Below, piece after piece: positions 1-12,211 of a stretch of DNA of 64,000 bases (the stretch's first letter is position 1; the number at the start of each line of letters is the position of its first letter). Source of the stretch: Callorhinchus milii (taxonomy: Eukaryota); contig NW_024704743.1 of assembly GCF_018977255.1 (NCBI RefSeq), forward strand, positions 11,658,001 through 11,722,000. Reading direction: 5' to 3'. The translations under genes were made by a program, and so were the position numbers. A model generated the notes under the pieces. The model did no database searches and was not told the origin of the DNA. It was given only the letters and a program-made list of their open reading frames with translations.

Positions 1-969
1 ATGCCTAATACTTTCCAGGATAATATAAGCAGTGCCGTTGTAATGTTCCGCTAGGACCACTCTACCAACTAGAGTTTGGGCTTACGTGGTTAACAAGAGC
101 CGAATGTAAATAAACCCTGCCAAGACTAGTCTACCCCTCCGAGTCCTGCTGACCAGCCAGACTGGATGGTCTTGTGTTAAAATTACCTTTTGCATTATTG
201 AAGCGGCACTGTTTAGGGAAAATAGCAACAATCACATGGTACTTTCTTCACAAGGTCATACAAACAACATAGTGGTATTTTTAATGATTATAATGTAATA
301 TCAATGATAATACTTTATTTACCACAAGGAAAAATACAGTATTCCTAAATTCTCAAAGATTTTAAAATCTTACGAAGCATGCTCTGACAAGCAATAGCAG
401 TTAAAGATTACCACTAGATTTAAAGTTCAATGCTGTCTAAAATACGTTGCAGATTTTATTTGGAGGAATATCTGGGATAGACATGTTTAGAGACTTGTTA
501 GGTATATTTTTATGGTGAGGATTAAGGAAGGAGAAGCAACAAGTCAAAATTTATGAAAACAGAAGTGCCAAAGTTCGTGTGGATGAATACCATGGAAACA
601 AAGCTTGGGTCATTCAGTCCATTTTCCTTTTGTGCCCCCACCACTCTTCATTGTCCCAACCTGAGCCCTTCCACCCAACCACCATCCCCACCAACGTCTC
701 ACATGCTGCCACCAGCCCCCAACAACAAATTGACGTCCCAGGTCAATGTGGACCTATGCTGGGGGTTGGGATCGGGAAGGGGGCGGGGAGGGAGCTTGGG
801 GTAGAAGGGTAACCTAACCGAAGGCACGAAGGAGGGTCGTGAGACGTGCCAACACCCCCACCCTGTCACCAAACCCCCAACCCTCCACTCGACGCCAGCC
901 CCCAACAATCCTGACCCCCTCCCCAACACCGCCCAAAGCCCCCCCTCCGTGTCTCTGCTGTCCTCTGAC

Positions 970-1020
970 CTGTTGTGTGCTGAGGTCGAAGCCGAGGTAA
1001 CATTTGTCCTCGGCCGCCAT
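970..1020 (-). CDS. XYLB: Xylulokinase, coding exon 1 (rest of gene lies left of the window)
   Basis: ATG at 1020 in context catcATGG encodes MAAEDKCYLGFDLSTQQ, followed by a phase-0 donor CAG|GTCAGA. Matches the recalled N-terminus of vertebrate XYLB (CCLGWDFSTQQ), an FGGY-kinase start motif. Confidence 0.9.
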
Positions 1021-1560
1021 GATGTGAAGTGCGGTACTAACGCCTGAGGCACCGCCAGCGACAACCAACCAACCGCCACCCGCGCGCGAGAGAAGGAGCG
1101 CGAGACGCAGGAGCCGCGCGAGAGCCACACACTGCGCAGCTGCAGCTTTTCCCCTCCCCCACCAGGGGGTGGCCACCAACTGAAGTACCCTTTATAGCCC
1201 AAAGTCCGCAAAATACGAGCCCAATATTACGCGTTACTACGGGCGGCACTTTAGTTTTTTGTTTTTGAAAATGTGTAAGAAAAGGTCTACAAAAGGGAGA
1301 AGAAAAAAAAAGTTTTGCTGGTTAAAATTCAAATGTTTTGCGGGAATAAAAGGCACCCGCCCAAAGCCACTTTGAAACGCACAGTGCCACATAAAACACG
1401 CCCAATTAGACGTGAACCCATCCAATCTGACTGCTGTCACACCCACGGGTTGGGCTGCCTGACGCCCAGTTGGGCGGGTTTTGATGTGCTGCGCATGAAA
1501 AAACGGCTTTGGGCGGGCGATTAATTTTTAAAAATTATTTAAATCTGCAAAACGTTGTCC
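1021..1560 (-). promoter_or_regulatory. CpG-rich XYLB 5'UTR and promoter
   Basis: High CpG density ~830-1560; TATAAA on the minus strand at 1191-1196; CCAAT motifs near 1221 and 1402; several GGGCGG boxes at 1356-1517. Confidence 0.7.
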
Positions 1561-1918
1561 CCCTCAGCCCTCTTTTGAAGACCCTTTCTTATAGTTTCCA
1601 CAAAGGCACAAACCCAAATTGGTCACTGTGCTACCCCTGTATTGGAGGCGACCTATAGTATTGGACTCTTGGAGCTAATGTTTGTCAAGATGGTGGAACG
1701 CAAACTGGAAGGACTTTAGTCTTCTTTCGTCTAACAATTCTTAAGTTCTTTGCAGAGTACGTGGAGGGTGGCGTTGCAAAACAGTCTCCTGAGCAATGCA
1801 CGAACCAAGCAAGCAGAGGGTGGCGCAGCACTTAAGTTCAATTCAATGTAGGTGGAGCTGCACTCCACACCAGTTGAGTTGCAAGCATGGGATTTGCTGA
1901 CCGCAGGTGAGCTCTGCA

Positions 1919-2090
1919 TTTTTTGGGGGGGAGGTCAGCCACGGGTCTGACATGTGGAAACCCATCACCATTACTCTTAATGGAAACCCATTAGGAGTAT
2001 CCAAAACAAACTGAGATTTCCATATACCATATGGAAATTATAGAGATAGATTGTTGGAATGGAATGTGCGTTTTCTCTCTGGAGGATTTG
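1919..2090 (-). mobile_element. 3' end of old poly(A)-tailed LINE family (RTE-X-like)
   Basis: T-run then GGTCAGC..GTCTGACA..GGAAACCCATCACC, homologous to 26283, 33455 and 59365, and to the reverse complement of ~24705-24815. Confidence 0.6.
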
Positions 2091-2267
2091 CATTTGGGAG
2101 CTGGCGGGTAAGGTATCCACACTTGAGCTCCAGTGGAACTTCCAATCGGTGGAACCATCACTCTGGGTAGGGATGTGTGTCTGAGCTGTGGGCAGGTGGC
2201 AGTGTTCTCTACACACTCGAGACGCTACCCTGCATGAGGGGCACTATATAAATTCAAGTTATTGTTC

Positions 2268-2400
2268 TCATGAGTTTTGTGTTGAGCTGTGCTGCTCACC
2301 AGGAAGCTCACAGAGAGTTCCTGGTACTTGCAATCTCCTCAGTTGAGGGGGCTCCAACCTGGCTTGTTGGTGTCAAAACACCAACTGGTGGGTTGAGCCC
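2268..2400 (+). mobile_element. Fragment of the same RTE-X-like LINE (C-terminal CCHC region)
   Basis: SFVLSCAAHQEAHREFLV aligns with THFMLSCIAHQKAHGEFLV at ~23798-23855. Confidence 0.55.
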
Positions 2401-3351
2401 AGAGGGGTATAATAATAATAAGTATAATAATCCTTACATTTGGTATCGCACCTTTCAAGTTGGAAGAACGTCAAAAAGTGCTTTACAGGATATACTGTGA
2501 AGTGCAGTGACTGTTTTGTAGGTGAATGCAGCAGCCAGTCGTGCACAGCAATATCTCTGAAGTGCTTTGAGATATTTTGACAATAGGCACTTATCAAATT
2601 CAAGTATTATTGTTATCCTGAGCTAGGTTGTGCGGTTGGACCAAGTGGGTTTCATTTATATTTAAATGAGCAACTATTGCTTTATTATAAATTCAAAAGT
2701 GAAGGGGTCGCAGCTGTTGCATACATCTCAGCTTTTTTTTTGAAGAGATGAAAATATGAAAAAGTTATGTTGAGATAGCTGCTTGTTTACTGTGAGATGT
2801 TACCTTTTCGGTGAGAACGTGGAGTACAGGTGTAACTCATACTTGGTAAAAGAGTAACATTTTCAGACGGGAATAGACTATCTAACCAACCCCATCCAGG
2901 ATCCCACAAGATTGTTTCAGTGTATATATGTCTGAATTCCCACCAAATCCTAAATTTATTTTTAATTGCCAGAACATTGTCTTGTTTTCATTTCAAAACC
3001 ATCTATAGTTTCTGATTCTATGACATTCTAATCACATTTCTGTGCCCCTTCGCTCAGCTAACACAGGCATGCTGTTATGTTATGACCTGGGCCAATAGAA
3101 AAGTGTAGCTGCACGTTTTGCCACGGAATCTGCTATAAACCCACAAAATATACAGTCAATTCACTTTACAGTATATTCTGTGTCGAGATATATGTTAAGA
3201 TTATATTATTATTCACTATATAAACAAGCCATCCTCTACAAATCCGCTATAATCCTGACCCAACTGTACAGCGCCTTGGGACGTCCTCCTGACGTGAAAG
3301 GCGCTCTATAAAAGGAATCTTGTTGTTGTTGTTGTATAAACAAAGTTTCTG

Positions 3352-3569
3352 GCCCGCAGCCTCTTGCCAAAACCAAAAACAATAATAAAAATTGGTCATT
3401 TTCAATCTACGACTGTTTGTGGGACATTGCTGTGCGCAATTGGCTGCCGCATTCACTCACAAATATACAGTCAATTCACTTCAGTGTGATTCAGTGTGTT
3501 CTGTGAAGCACTTTGGGACGTCCTCCCGACGTGAAAAGCGCTATATCAAATGCAAGGATTATTATTATT
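3352..3569 (+). mobile_element. 5'-truncated tRNA-derived SINE with L2-type tail
   Basis: Matches the 3' part of the SINE at 8174-8495; ends in (TTA)n. Confidence 0.85.
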
Positions 3570-3659
3570 GCTGGTTACTTGACGTCACTGTGAGCGGAGC
3601 GGCTCTGGGCACGCATGCGCGGTGCAGTGCAAATGGCTTTCACTTTTTAGCTCCACTGT

Positions 3660-4005
3660 TGTGATTGTCTGTTTGTGAGTATGTGTGTCTCTGTGTATGT
3701 CATGTGTGTGTCTGTGTGAGTATGTCTCTCTCCATGTGTTTGTGGGTGTGAGTGTCTCTGCTCTATGTGTGTGTGGGCGTTTGTGAGTGAATATGAGTGT
3801 GTCTCTCCTTGTGTGAGTGTGTCTGTGTGAATCTCCTCTGTATGTATGTTTGTGAATGTGTCTGCATGTGTTTCTTCTATATGTGTGTCTCTTTCTGAGT
3901 GTCTCTGTGGGAATGTCTATGGAGAATATCTGTGTGTGTGCATATATCTCTATCTGAGTGTACCTCTCTCTCTGAGAATGTTGTCTCTGTGACTGCTCTG
4001 TGTGG
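3660..4005. repeat. Degenerate (TG)n/(TC)n simple repeat
   Basis: Runs of tgtgtg and tctctg; gives a spurious His/Thr-rich ORF on the minus strand. Confidence 0.85.
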
Positions 4006-5174
4006 CAGGAGGTAGTGAGCTCCTGTAGCATCTCCCCCCATCCCCACAAACTAAAAGACCCACACAGCTTATGTTAAAGAAGTAATTAATATTTGTTTTG
4101 CATCAATATAATATGTATTATTCCCTGTTTACTTTGTATCAATAAAGTGAAAAAATGTAGGTTGGCAGTAAAATGTACCTCAATAGTACCAATCAACTCC
4201 CTGCAATTTTCTGAAAAATTTGTCAAAATTTCCCCAGCAATTTTCCAAGGAAATGCCAAATCTCCCCCCAATTTGTGGCAAATATGTCCGAATTTTTATA
4301 TTAGCCCAGCCCATGACCCCACCCCACCCCCCACCCTCCATGAGTGTGCCTTAAGGTAGTATCCCAAAACTCTGGGACTCCATCCCTCCAACTCGTCCCT
4401 TCTTTATCTTTAAATCCCACTTGAAGAGCTACACCTTGAACCGTGCTTATGGTCATCTCCCCCCTTGCTATTCATCGAACCCTGCACCTGTGCAACGTTC
4501 TGAGACGCTATCCTGCATGAAGGGCGCTATATAAATACACGTTGTAGTACAGTACACTATGATAATAATCCTTACATTTGATGTAGCGCCTTATCATTGT
4601 TGTTGAGAAGTCTCAAAGCACTTCACACAATATACCATAAAGTGAATTCACTGTATATTTTGTGGGCAAAACATGGCAGCCAATTGCGCACAAACGGTTG
4701 TGGATTGAGTGACCAAATTATTATTTTATTTATTTTTTGAAGGGATTATTACCTCTGGAAAAGCGATCTACCAATCAACTAACAACCGTGTTCTTAATTA
4801 CTGCTAGGCAAACAGCTGTGTGTAGTTTCGACCTGCCTGGTAAAACACAATGTGAATACAAATTTTGTGATTTTTTTTATTGTAGCTGGAGATCCAGGAA
4901 GGTTTGTGGGGTGGGGGATGGTGGTCATGCAAATCACCAGTGTGATAGAATCTCTTCATGAGTCAGATGGTGGTGGATTCAACCCCCGCATCGGGACTTA
5001 GAACATACAGTCTTTTCTTTCTTTCAAGAACAAATTAGATAGATTTCTTTTAGGAAATAATATCTCAGGATACAGTATATAGTTTGGGACATAACATGTG
5101 CATGCAACTGCCAAGATGGTAGAAAGCGAACTGGATGGATCTTGATCTTCTTTCGTCTAGCAAATTCTTATCTT

Positions 5175-5861
5175 CAATCTAAGATGACACATCAATACAG
5201 TGCTGGAGTTGTGTGGCATTGTCGGTTAAGCATTGCAATCCCAATGCTCTTTCGGAATCCCAGGATTTCAGGATATTAATGCCCCCAAATCCCAGGATCC
5301 TGAATCTTACCTCATCTAGGATGACTGTGGTCATTCTCCACGCAACAACAACAAAATTATATTTATAGAGCGCCATTCACGTCGGGAGGCATCCCTTGGT
5401 CTCACACCAGTGGGCTCCTCTGCAGGGAGGGCGCCCACTAAGTTTGAACAGCGGAATGGAAAAGCCTGCACTCCCTTTCCGCCTAGGCTCAGCCTTTATA
5501 CAATCACAAAATCCCAGGTTTCTCTGCAATGAATCCCCGGAACTCGGGACCACCATAACCAAGATCAGGATTTCTGGGATTGCATCCCCTAATTGTCGGA
5601 GGTACCATCCTTCGGATGAGGCCTTTTCTGCCTGTTGAGGTGGACGTTAAAGATCCCAGGGCACTATCGCAAAAGAGAAGAGAGTTTCTCCCAGTGTCAT
5701 CTGAATAAAATTAGTCACTCACTTAATGGCTGTTTGTGGGACATTGCTGTGTGCAAATTGAGTGCTTAGTTCGCCCACAATCACTGCACTTTACAATGTG
5801 AACCACCTTGAGACATCCTCCCAACGTGAAAGAAGCTGTATCAAAAGTAAGGATTATTATT
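5175..5861 (+). mobile_element. DeuSINE (SacSINE1/AmnSINE1-like) interrupted by a MITE
   Basis: Deu-domain-like CCTTCGGATGAG..GGTGGACGTTAAAGATCCC.GGCACTAT..GAAGAG..TTCTCCCAGTGTC, followed by an L2-type tail. Confidence 0.75.
5227..5591. mobile_element. Non-autonomous hAT-like MITE
   Basis: Imperfect TIRs TAAGCATTGCAATCCCA / TGGGATTGCATCCCCTA; flanking direct repeat ATTGTCGG at 5218-5225 and 5592-5599; subterminal AATCCCAGGA repeats. Confidence 0.7.
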
Positions 5862-6849
5862 GAATCGGTCTTGTACCTCTCTTAGATCCTCAGGAACCAG
5901 CATTTGACTGTCACCTGTAGGCGTAACCCATTATCTCAATCAGGGGTTTGGATTTTCAGGAACTGTATTGCCATCAGAGGGAGCTGCAAGCAAAGGAACA
6001 ACAGCTTCCTGATGGTGTTGCTGTGTTGAGTTGCTGTGTTGAGTACCCTTCAGGATTTCCCCACTGAAAGGCTCCGCAACCAGAGGAACAGCAGCTTCCT
6101 GCAGTTATTATTCGTCAAAACCAACTTGCATTGTAATAGAGGTTCAGATGCAACTACAAATTACATGTGTATAATGCCTTTCATGTTGGGGAATGGCCCA
6201 AGGTGCTAGACAGTCACAGATTTGGACCTGAGTTGAGGTTTGGGATCAGGAGAGGTGGAAGGCAGGGAGGGTAGGGGTAGGATGCTGACCAAAGGCATGG
6301 TAGGAGAGGAAGATCTTGAGATGGCCCTTGAAGGAGGTAAGGGAGGGAGCGAGGCGAAGGGACTGGGCTGGAGGTCCAAAGGTCTTTTGATCCATTTCAT
6401 TCTCCCAGAATGCCCAAACTCTATCCTCCCATCAGCATCGAGCTGTTTTGACTTTAAAATGAGTTCAACTTCCTGGACTCAACCACCTCTCCTGGCAACC
6501 TGTTTCAATCGTTAATTACCCTCTGGGTAAAGAAACACTTCCTGGTGAGTGTTCTGAAATTGCCCTTTGCAGCTCTGATTCTATGTCCTCTTGCTCTGCT
6601 GTCTCAACGCATCTGAAATTATTGTTCTGGGTTTACTTTATCAATCCCATTTAGAATCCTCCATCGGAAATGACTTCAAAGTGCCTTTCGTGGATCGAAT
6701 TGGATCAACTCGCTTAACAGAGTGGAAGCAGGGTGGGTAGGGCCAGTCAGAGAAAGCATATTTTAGAAGGGTTTGTGAAGTGGACGAGGAGAGTGAGATG
6801 GAGAAAGCAAGGCGGGACATAGAAAATAATAATCCTTGTACTCGATATA

Positions 6850-7573
6850 TGGAGTCCTGTAGCTCAGTGGTTAGAGCACTCGCCTCGATTCCCGGCAGGG
6901 CAAAACCTTGGGCAAGTTTCCTTACTCCACACGTCTGATAATAATCCCTCACGAAACAAATAATAAATTGGTCACTTCAATCCACGATTGTTTCCTTACT
7001 CTACATACCTTCGGTCATCTAGCAGTAAGTAGAAACCCAGTTAGTAGTCGATAGGCGCATCACTTTTGAAGGGATAATCCTTTTTTAAAAAAAAATCAAA
7101 AAAATTATTTTGGTCACTCAATCCACGATTGATTGTGGGACACTACTGAGTGCAATTGGCTGTCGCGTTTTGCCCACAAAATATACAGTAAATTCACTTA
7201 ACAGTATACTCTGTGAAGTGCTTAGAAGACGTGATAAAGCGCTATATCAAATGCAAGGATTATTATATAGTGCCTTATCATGTCATTGAGACGTCTCAAA
7301 GTGCTTCACGGAATATATTGACTGTGTGTTTTGTTTGTGGGTGAAATATGGCAGCCAATTGCGTACAGCAATGAATTGAGTTACCAGTTTTTTTTGGAAG
7401 GCATTAATACCCCCCGCAAAGTTATCCAATCAATCGACTAACAACTAAGTTCCTACTTACTGCTGGTAAAAGGAGTGTGGAGTAAGGAAACTTGTCTACT
7501 CCCCCGCCCGGGTATCAAACCCGGGTCCTCTCTCTTGCGAGGCGAGCGTACTAACCACAGTGCTACAGGACTC
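6850..7573. mobile_element. Two tail-to-tail tRNA-derived CORE SINEs (+ then -)
   Basis: Head GGAGTCCTGTAGCTCAGTGG at ~6850 on +, reverse-complement head ending ~7573; tails meet near 7265. Confidence 0.8.
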
Positions 7574-8173
7574 TGCAAATGGAGGTGCATTTGAGGAGTA
7601 TCTAAAAGTCGATCAGCTGGGAAATGGGGTCTAGTGGAGCCTGGTGAGAATGGAGAGGAAGATGGGGTCATGGAAAATGGTACTGGAAAGAACTTGGGCT
7701 GTGGAGTTCTGGGTAATCTGGAACTTGTTGAGGGCTGAGTTGCTCTGAGCTATGCTGGGTTCCTGATCAGAGGTTGGACAACACTCACTCTCTCTTCAGT
7801 TCTATTGATAGGGGTCAAGGTGCAGGATTTAACCTCCGCACCCCCTCGCCCCCTCCCCTTGTTTGTTCAAATACTCATAAACAGCTCCATCAAGTTCACT
7901 GCTGTCTGCTCTATTCAAGAGCCCAGGTAACCAGCCTTTCCTCGTAACTCTGTCCTGTTAGTGTTGTGATCTATGATCTAATAGAATTGTGGCACAGGCT
8001 CCAGGGGTTAGGTGGCCTTCTATTCCTAAATGTATCTGGAGGATTGTTGGTTCTGGGACAATGGAAGGAACTCTTTTCTCTTACAGAATAGTGTCCTGAG
8101 AATTAAGGTCCACTGAACAAAAGTAGATGGGATCTCGATTAAACATCTCTTCTGCAGGAATCATAGAATCATT

Positions 8174-8495
8174 GTGGAATCCTGTAGCTCAGTGGTTAGA
8201 GCACTCGCTTTGCAAGTGAGAGACCTGAGTTCAATTCCAGGCAGAGGGCGAAACCTTGGGCAAGTTTCCTTACTCCACACAGAGCCTAATAATAATCCCT
8301 CCAAAACCAAAAACAATAATAGATTGGTCATTTTCAATCTACAACTGTTTGTGGGACATTGCTGTGCGCAATTGGCTGCCGCGTTCGCCCACAAATATAC
8401 AGTCAATTCACTTTACAGTGTGTTCTGTAAAGGGCTTTGGGATGTCCTCCTGGCGTGAAAAGCGCTATGTCAAATGCAAGGATTATTATTATTAT
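8174..8495 (+). mobile_element. Full-length tRNA(Ala-like)-derived SINE, short subfamily, L2 tail
   Basis: A box TAGCTCAGTGG, B box GAGTTCAATTCC, CCTTGGGCAAGTT CORE start, 3' stem-loop and (TTA)n tail. Confidence 0.9.
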
Positions 8496-11400
8496 CATAG
8501 AATCGTACAGCACAAAAAGAGGCCATTCGGTCCATCGAGTCTGTGCCGGCTCTTTGAAAAGAGCAATGAAATGTCAATCCCACTCCCCAGCCCTTTCCCT
8601 ATAACTCTGCAAACCCGTCCTCCTCAAATACCCGTCCACTGCGTTTTTAAAAGTTGTTATCGAATCGGCCTCGACCACCCTTTCAGGCAATGCGTTCCAG
8701 ATTCGAACAACTCGCTGCATGAAAAAATTTCTTCTCACCTCCCCTCTGCTTCTTTTAGATACTATTTTGAATCTGTGATCTCGAGTCACCGACACACAGT
8801 GGAAACAGTTTTTCCCTTTCTAACCTATCAAATCCGCTCATGATTTTGAAGACCTCTATTAGGTCTCCTCGTAACCTTCTCTGCTCCAATGAGAATAATC
8901 CCAGCCTCTCGTGCCTTTCCTCATAATCAAGGTCCCTCATTCCTGGTACCATCCTCGTAAATCTCCTCTGCACCCTTTCCATTGCCTTAACATCCTTCCT
9001 ATAGTGTGGTACCCAGACCTGGGCGCAGTATTCTAACTGAGGCCTAACCAGTGTTTTATATGGGTTAATCATAACCTCCTGATTCTTGCACTCTATACCC
9101 CTATATATAAAGCCTAGTATCCCATATGCCCTTTTTACAGCTTTATCTACCTGTCCTGCCACCTTCAAGGATTCATTTACCTGAACCCCAGGTCTCTCTG
9201 TTCTTTCACCCCCCTTAAGATTGTATTACCAGCCTATATTGCCTCCCCTCATTCTTTCTACCAAAATGCATTACGTCACATTTCTCCACATTGAAATTCA
9301 TCTGCCATGTGTCTGCCCATTTTACCATTCTGTCTCTGTCTTCCTGCAGTTGGCTGCTATCCTTCTCACTGTTTACCACACTACCTAACATTGTGTCATC
9401 CGCAAACTTGGAAGTGGTACTTGCTAAACTCAAGTCCAGATCATTTCTGTATATTAAGAACAACAGTGGTACTAATACCAATCCCTGGGGGACGCCACTG
9501 TACACTTCCCTCCAATCAGAAAAGCAGCCGTTCACCACAACTCTCTGCTATCTGTCTCCCAGCAAGTTCTGGATCCGCTGCCACTGTCCCTTTTATACTA
9601 TGGGCTTCTATCTTTCTTACAAGTCTTTCATGTGGCACTTTGTCAAATACCTTTTGAAAGTCCATATAAACTACATCAACTGCATTACCGTTTCCACCCT
9701 CTCCATTACCTCATCGAAAAATTCTATTAGATTTGTTAGACAAGATTTGCCTTTAACAAATCCTTGCTGGCTGTCCCTAATTAGCCCATATTCTTCTAAG
9801 TGAAGATTTATTCTGTCCCAGATTATAGTCTCCAGGAGTTTCCCCACTACTGATGTTAGGCTGACTGGTCTGTAGTTCCCAGGTTTGTCCTTCTGTCCCT
9901 TTTTGTACAGGGAGTAACATTGGCCACTCTCCAGTCCTCTGGCACCACCCTGTGTCCAACGAAGATTGAAAAATTGTAGCCAAAGCCTCCGCTATTTGTA
10001 CCCGTGCCTCCCATAGTACCCTTGGCTGCATCCCGTCCGGACCGGGTGACTTATCTACCTTCAGCCCAGTCAACCTTTTCAGTACTTCCTCTCTGTTTAT
10101 ACTTATCCTATTCATTTCCTCTACTCTCTCCTCCGATACTGCAGCATTTGGTGCATCCACTTCTGTGAAGACAGAGCAAAGTACTCATTCAGTAAATCAG
10201 CCATGCCCTCTGCCTCCACAGTAAGATTTCCGTGTTGGTCCTTAATTGGCCCCACCCTACCTTTGACTAACCTTTTTTTTCTTGATATGTTTGTAAAATA
10301 TTTTAGAATTCCCTTTAATGTTATCCACTAACCTTTTTTTGTATAATCTTTTTGCCCCTCTTATTTCCTTTTTCAGTTCTCTTTTGCACTTCCTGTATTC
10401 TATTTGCTTGTCTTCTGTATCTTGGGTTCGACATTTGTCATACGCCTCCTTTTTCTGCTTCATTCTAGATACAATTACCTTCGTCATCCAGGGATGTTTG
10501 GATGCCCTATGTTTCCCTTTGGTGGGAATGTATTTATTCTGTCCCCGAGCTATCTCATCCTTGAAGACTTCCCACTGCTCTTTAGTTGTTTTATCTGCCA
10601 ATCTTTCTTTCCAGTCCACCTTGGCTAGGTCCCTTTTTAACTCACTGAAATTTACCCTCTTCCAGTTGAGTATCTTCACCTTAGATGATTCTTTGTCCCT
10701 TTCCATATGCACTCTGAACCTAATGATGTTGTGATCACTATTGCCGAGATGCTCACCCACTGAAACCTGCTCCAATTGCTCTTGTTGTTTGGCCAGTCTA
10801 TGTTGGGATAATTAAAGTCTCCCATTATCACAACTTTATTGGCCTTGCATCTGTCTGAGATCTGCTTGCAGATCTGTTCACCTATTTCCTTCCCACTATT
10901 TTGTGGTCTATAATATACCCCTACCATCGTAACAGCTCCTTTTTTGTTCCTCAACTCTGACCAGATAGATTCCGTTTTGTGGCCCTCCAGCACCTCGACC
11001 CTTTCTGCGGCTGTAATCATATCCTTGATTAACATTGCCACACCCCCTCCTTTTTTTCCTTCCCTATCCCTCCTGAATACATTATAGCCAGGAATATTCA
11101 GCTCCCATTCCTGTCCTTGTTTGAACCAAGTCTCTGTTACTGCTACTACATCGTATCCCCCTATGACCACTTGAGCCTGCAGCTCACCAATCTTGTTTGC
11201 TAAGCTCCGTGCATTTAGGCACATGCACTTCAAGACCGACTTGACCTGTTCTGCACTCCCCCCGCCCCCCCCCCGTTTTATTTCTCCATTTTCTAGCTCT
11301 TCGTTTTTTGCATTCCCTTCCTCCCTCAAAACTAGTTTAAACCCTCCCCTACAGCATTAGTTAGCCTGTCTGCAAGGACATTCGCCCCAGCCCTGTTTAG

Positions 11401-11570
11401 GTGTAACCCATCCATATAGTACAGGTCCCACCTGCCCCCGAACTGGTCCCAATGATCCAGAAACCTGAAGCCCTCTTTTCTGGACCATTTCTCCAGCCAA
11501 GCATTCATATGCTTGATCCTACCATTATGGTACTTATTTTCTTGAGGCACAGAATGGCATCTTAATAGTA
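8496..11570 (-). mobile_element. Degenerate CR1 LINE (esterase ORF1 C-terminus + EN/RT ORF2)
   Basis: Fragments CLNARSLANK..VTETW, IMGDFNYP, SGVPQG..FADDT and LEQRRLRGDLIEVFK; ORF1 DGLHLN motif; CR1-type tail at ~8496. Confidence 0.93.
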
Positions 11571-12211
11571 TCCTTTCAAAAAAAATAATAATTTGGTCAC
11601 TCAATCCACGACTGTTTGTGGGACACTGCTGTGTGCCATGTTTTGCCCAGAAATTATACAGTCAATTCACTTTACAGTATATCTTGTGAAGCACTTTGAG
11701 ACTTCTCAACGATGTAATAAGGTGCTATATCAAATACGAGGTTTATTATTATTATTACATTGTGTCATCATTGTTTATTCGCCCCTCCCTCTCAAATTAT
11801 GAGATCACAGGTGCAAATCTGGGGTTCAAACCCACAACATTTTGATCCAGAGGTAAGTGCACCACCAACTGAGTCCTTGAGGGAGAAGCTGGGAAGACTG
11901 TACGTGAAAATCTCTGGCTCCCCTTTCTTCCGGTCTTGTTCCTGTAGTTTTTTTTTCTTCATAAATATTTCTCCTCCAGCTGTAGCCCTGTGACTTTTAC
12001 ACCAGTGAGTTTATCATTATCACCTCCTCAACCCGTGCTTTTTTTTTCTTTAACTCACGTTTAGGAACAGGCAAAACAATTTATATTGATATAGCACCTT
12101 CCTTCATCCCCTCCACTCCACCATTGGCGGCTGTGCTTTCAGCCACTGCATCTCTGAAAACTGCCCCCTCTTCGCCCGTCTTCAGATTGCACAAGGACAC
12201 TTTCCTCTGTT

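Noticed and set aside
374..430. Possible XYLB exon 2 next to a minus-strand GTAAG
   Set aside because: No frame resembles the expected XYLB continuation; exon 2 probably lies outside the window.
3252..3335. Short hairpin motifs as ncRNA genes (also ~2210, 4490, 5343, 37615, 43545, 59536)
   Set aside because: They are extremely 5'-truncated L2 or SINE tails.
3585..4049. 154-aa His/Thr/Arg-rich ORF
   Set aside because: Translation of a (CA)n/(GA)n simple repeat.
8174..8250. tRNA-Ala-like genes (also near 6850, 20992, 24630, 36800, 39410, 40778, 49567)
   Set aside because: They are SINE heads running directly into the SINE body and tail, with no proper acceptor stem or terminator.
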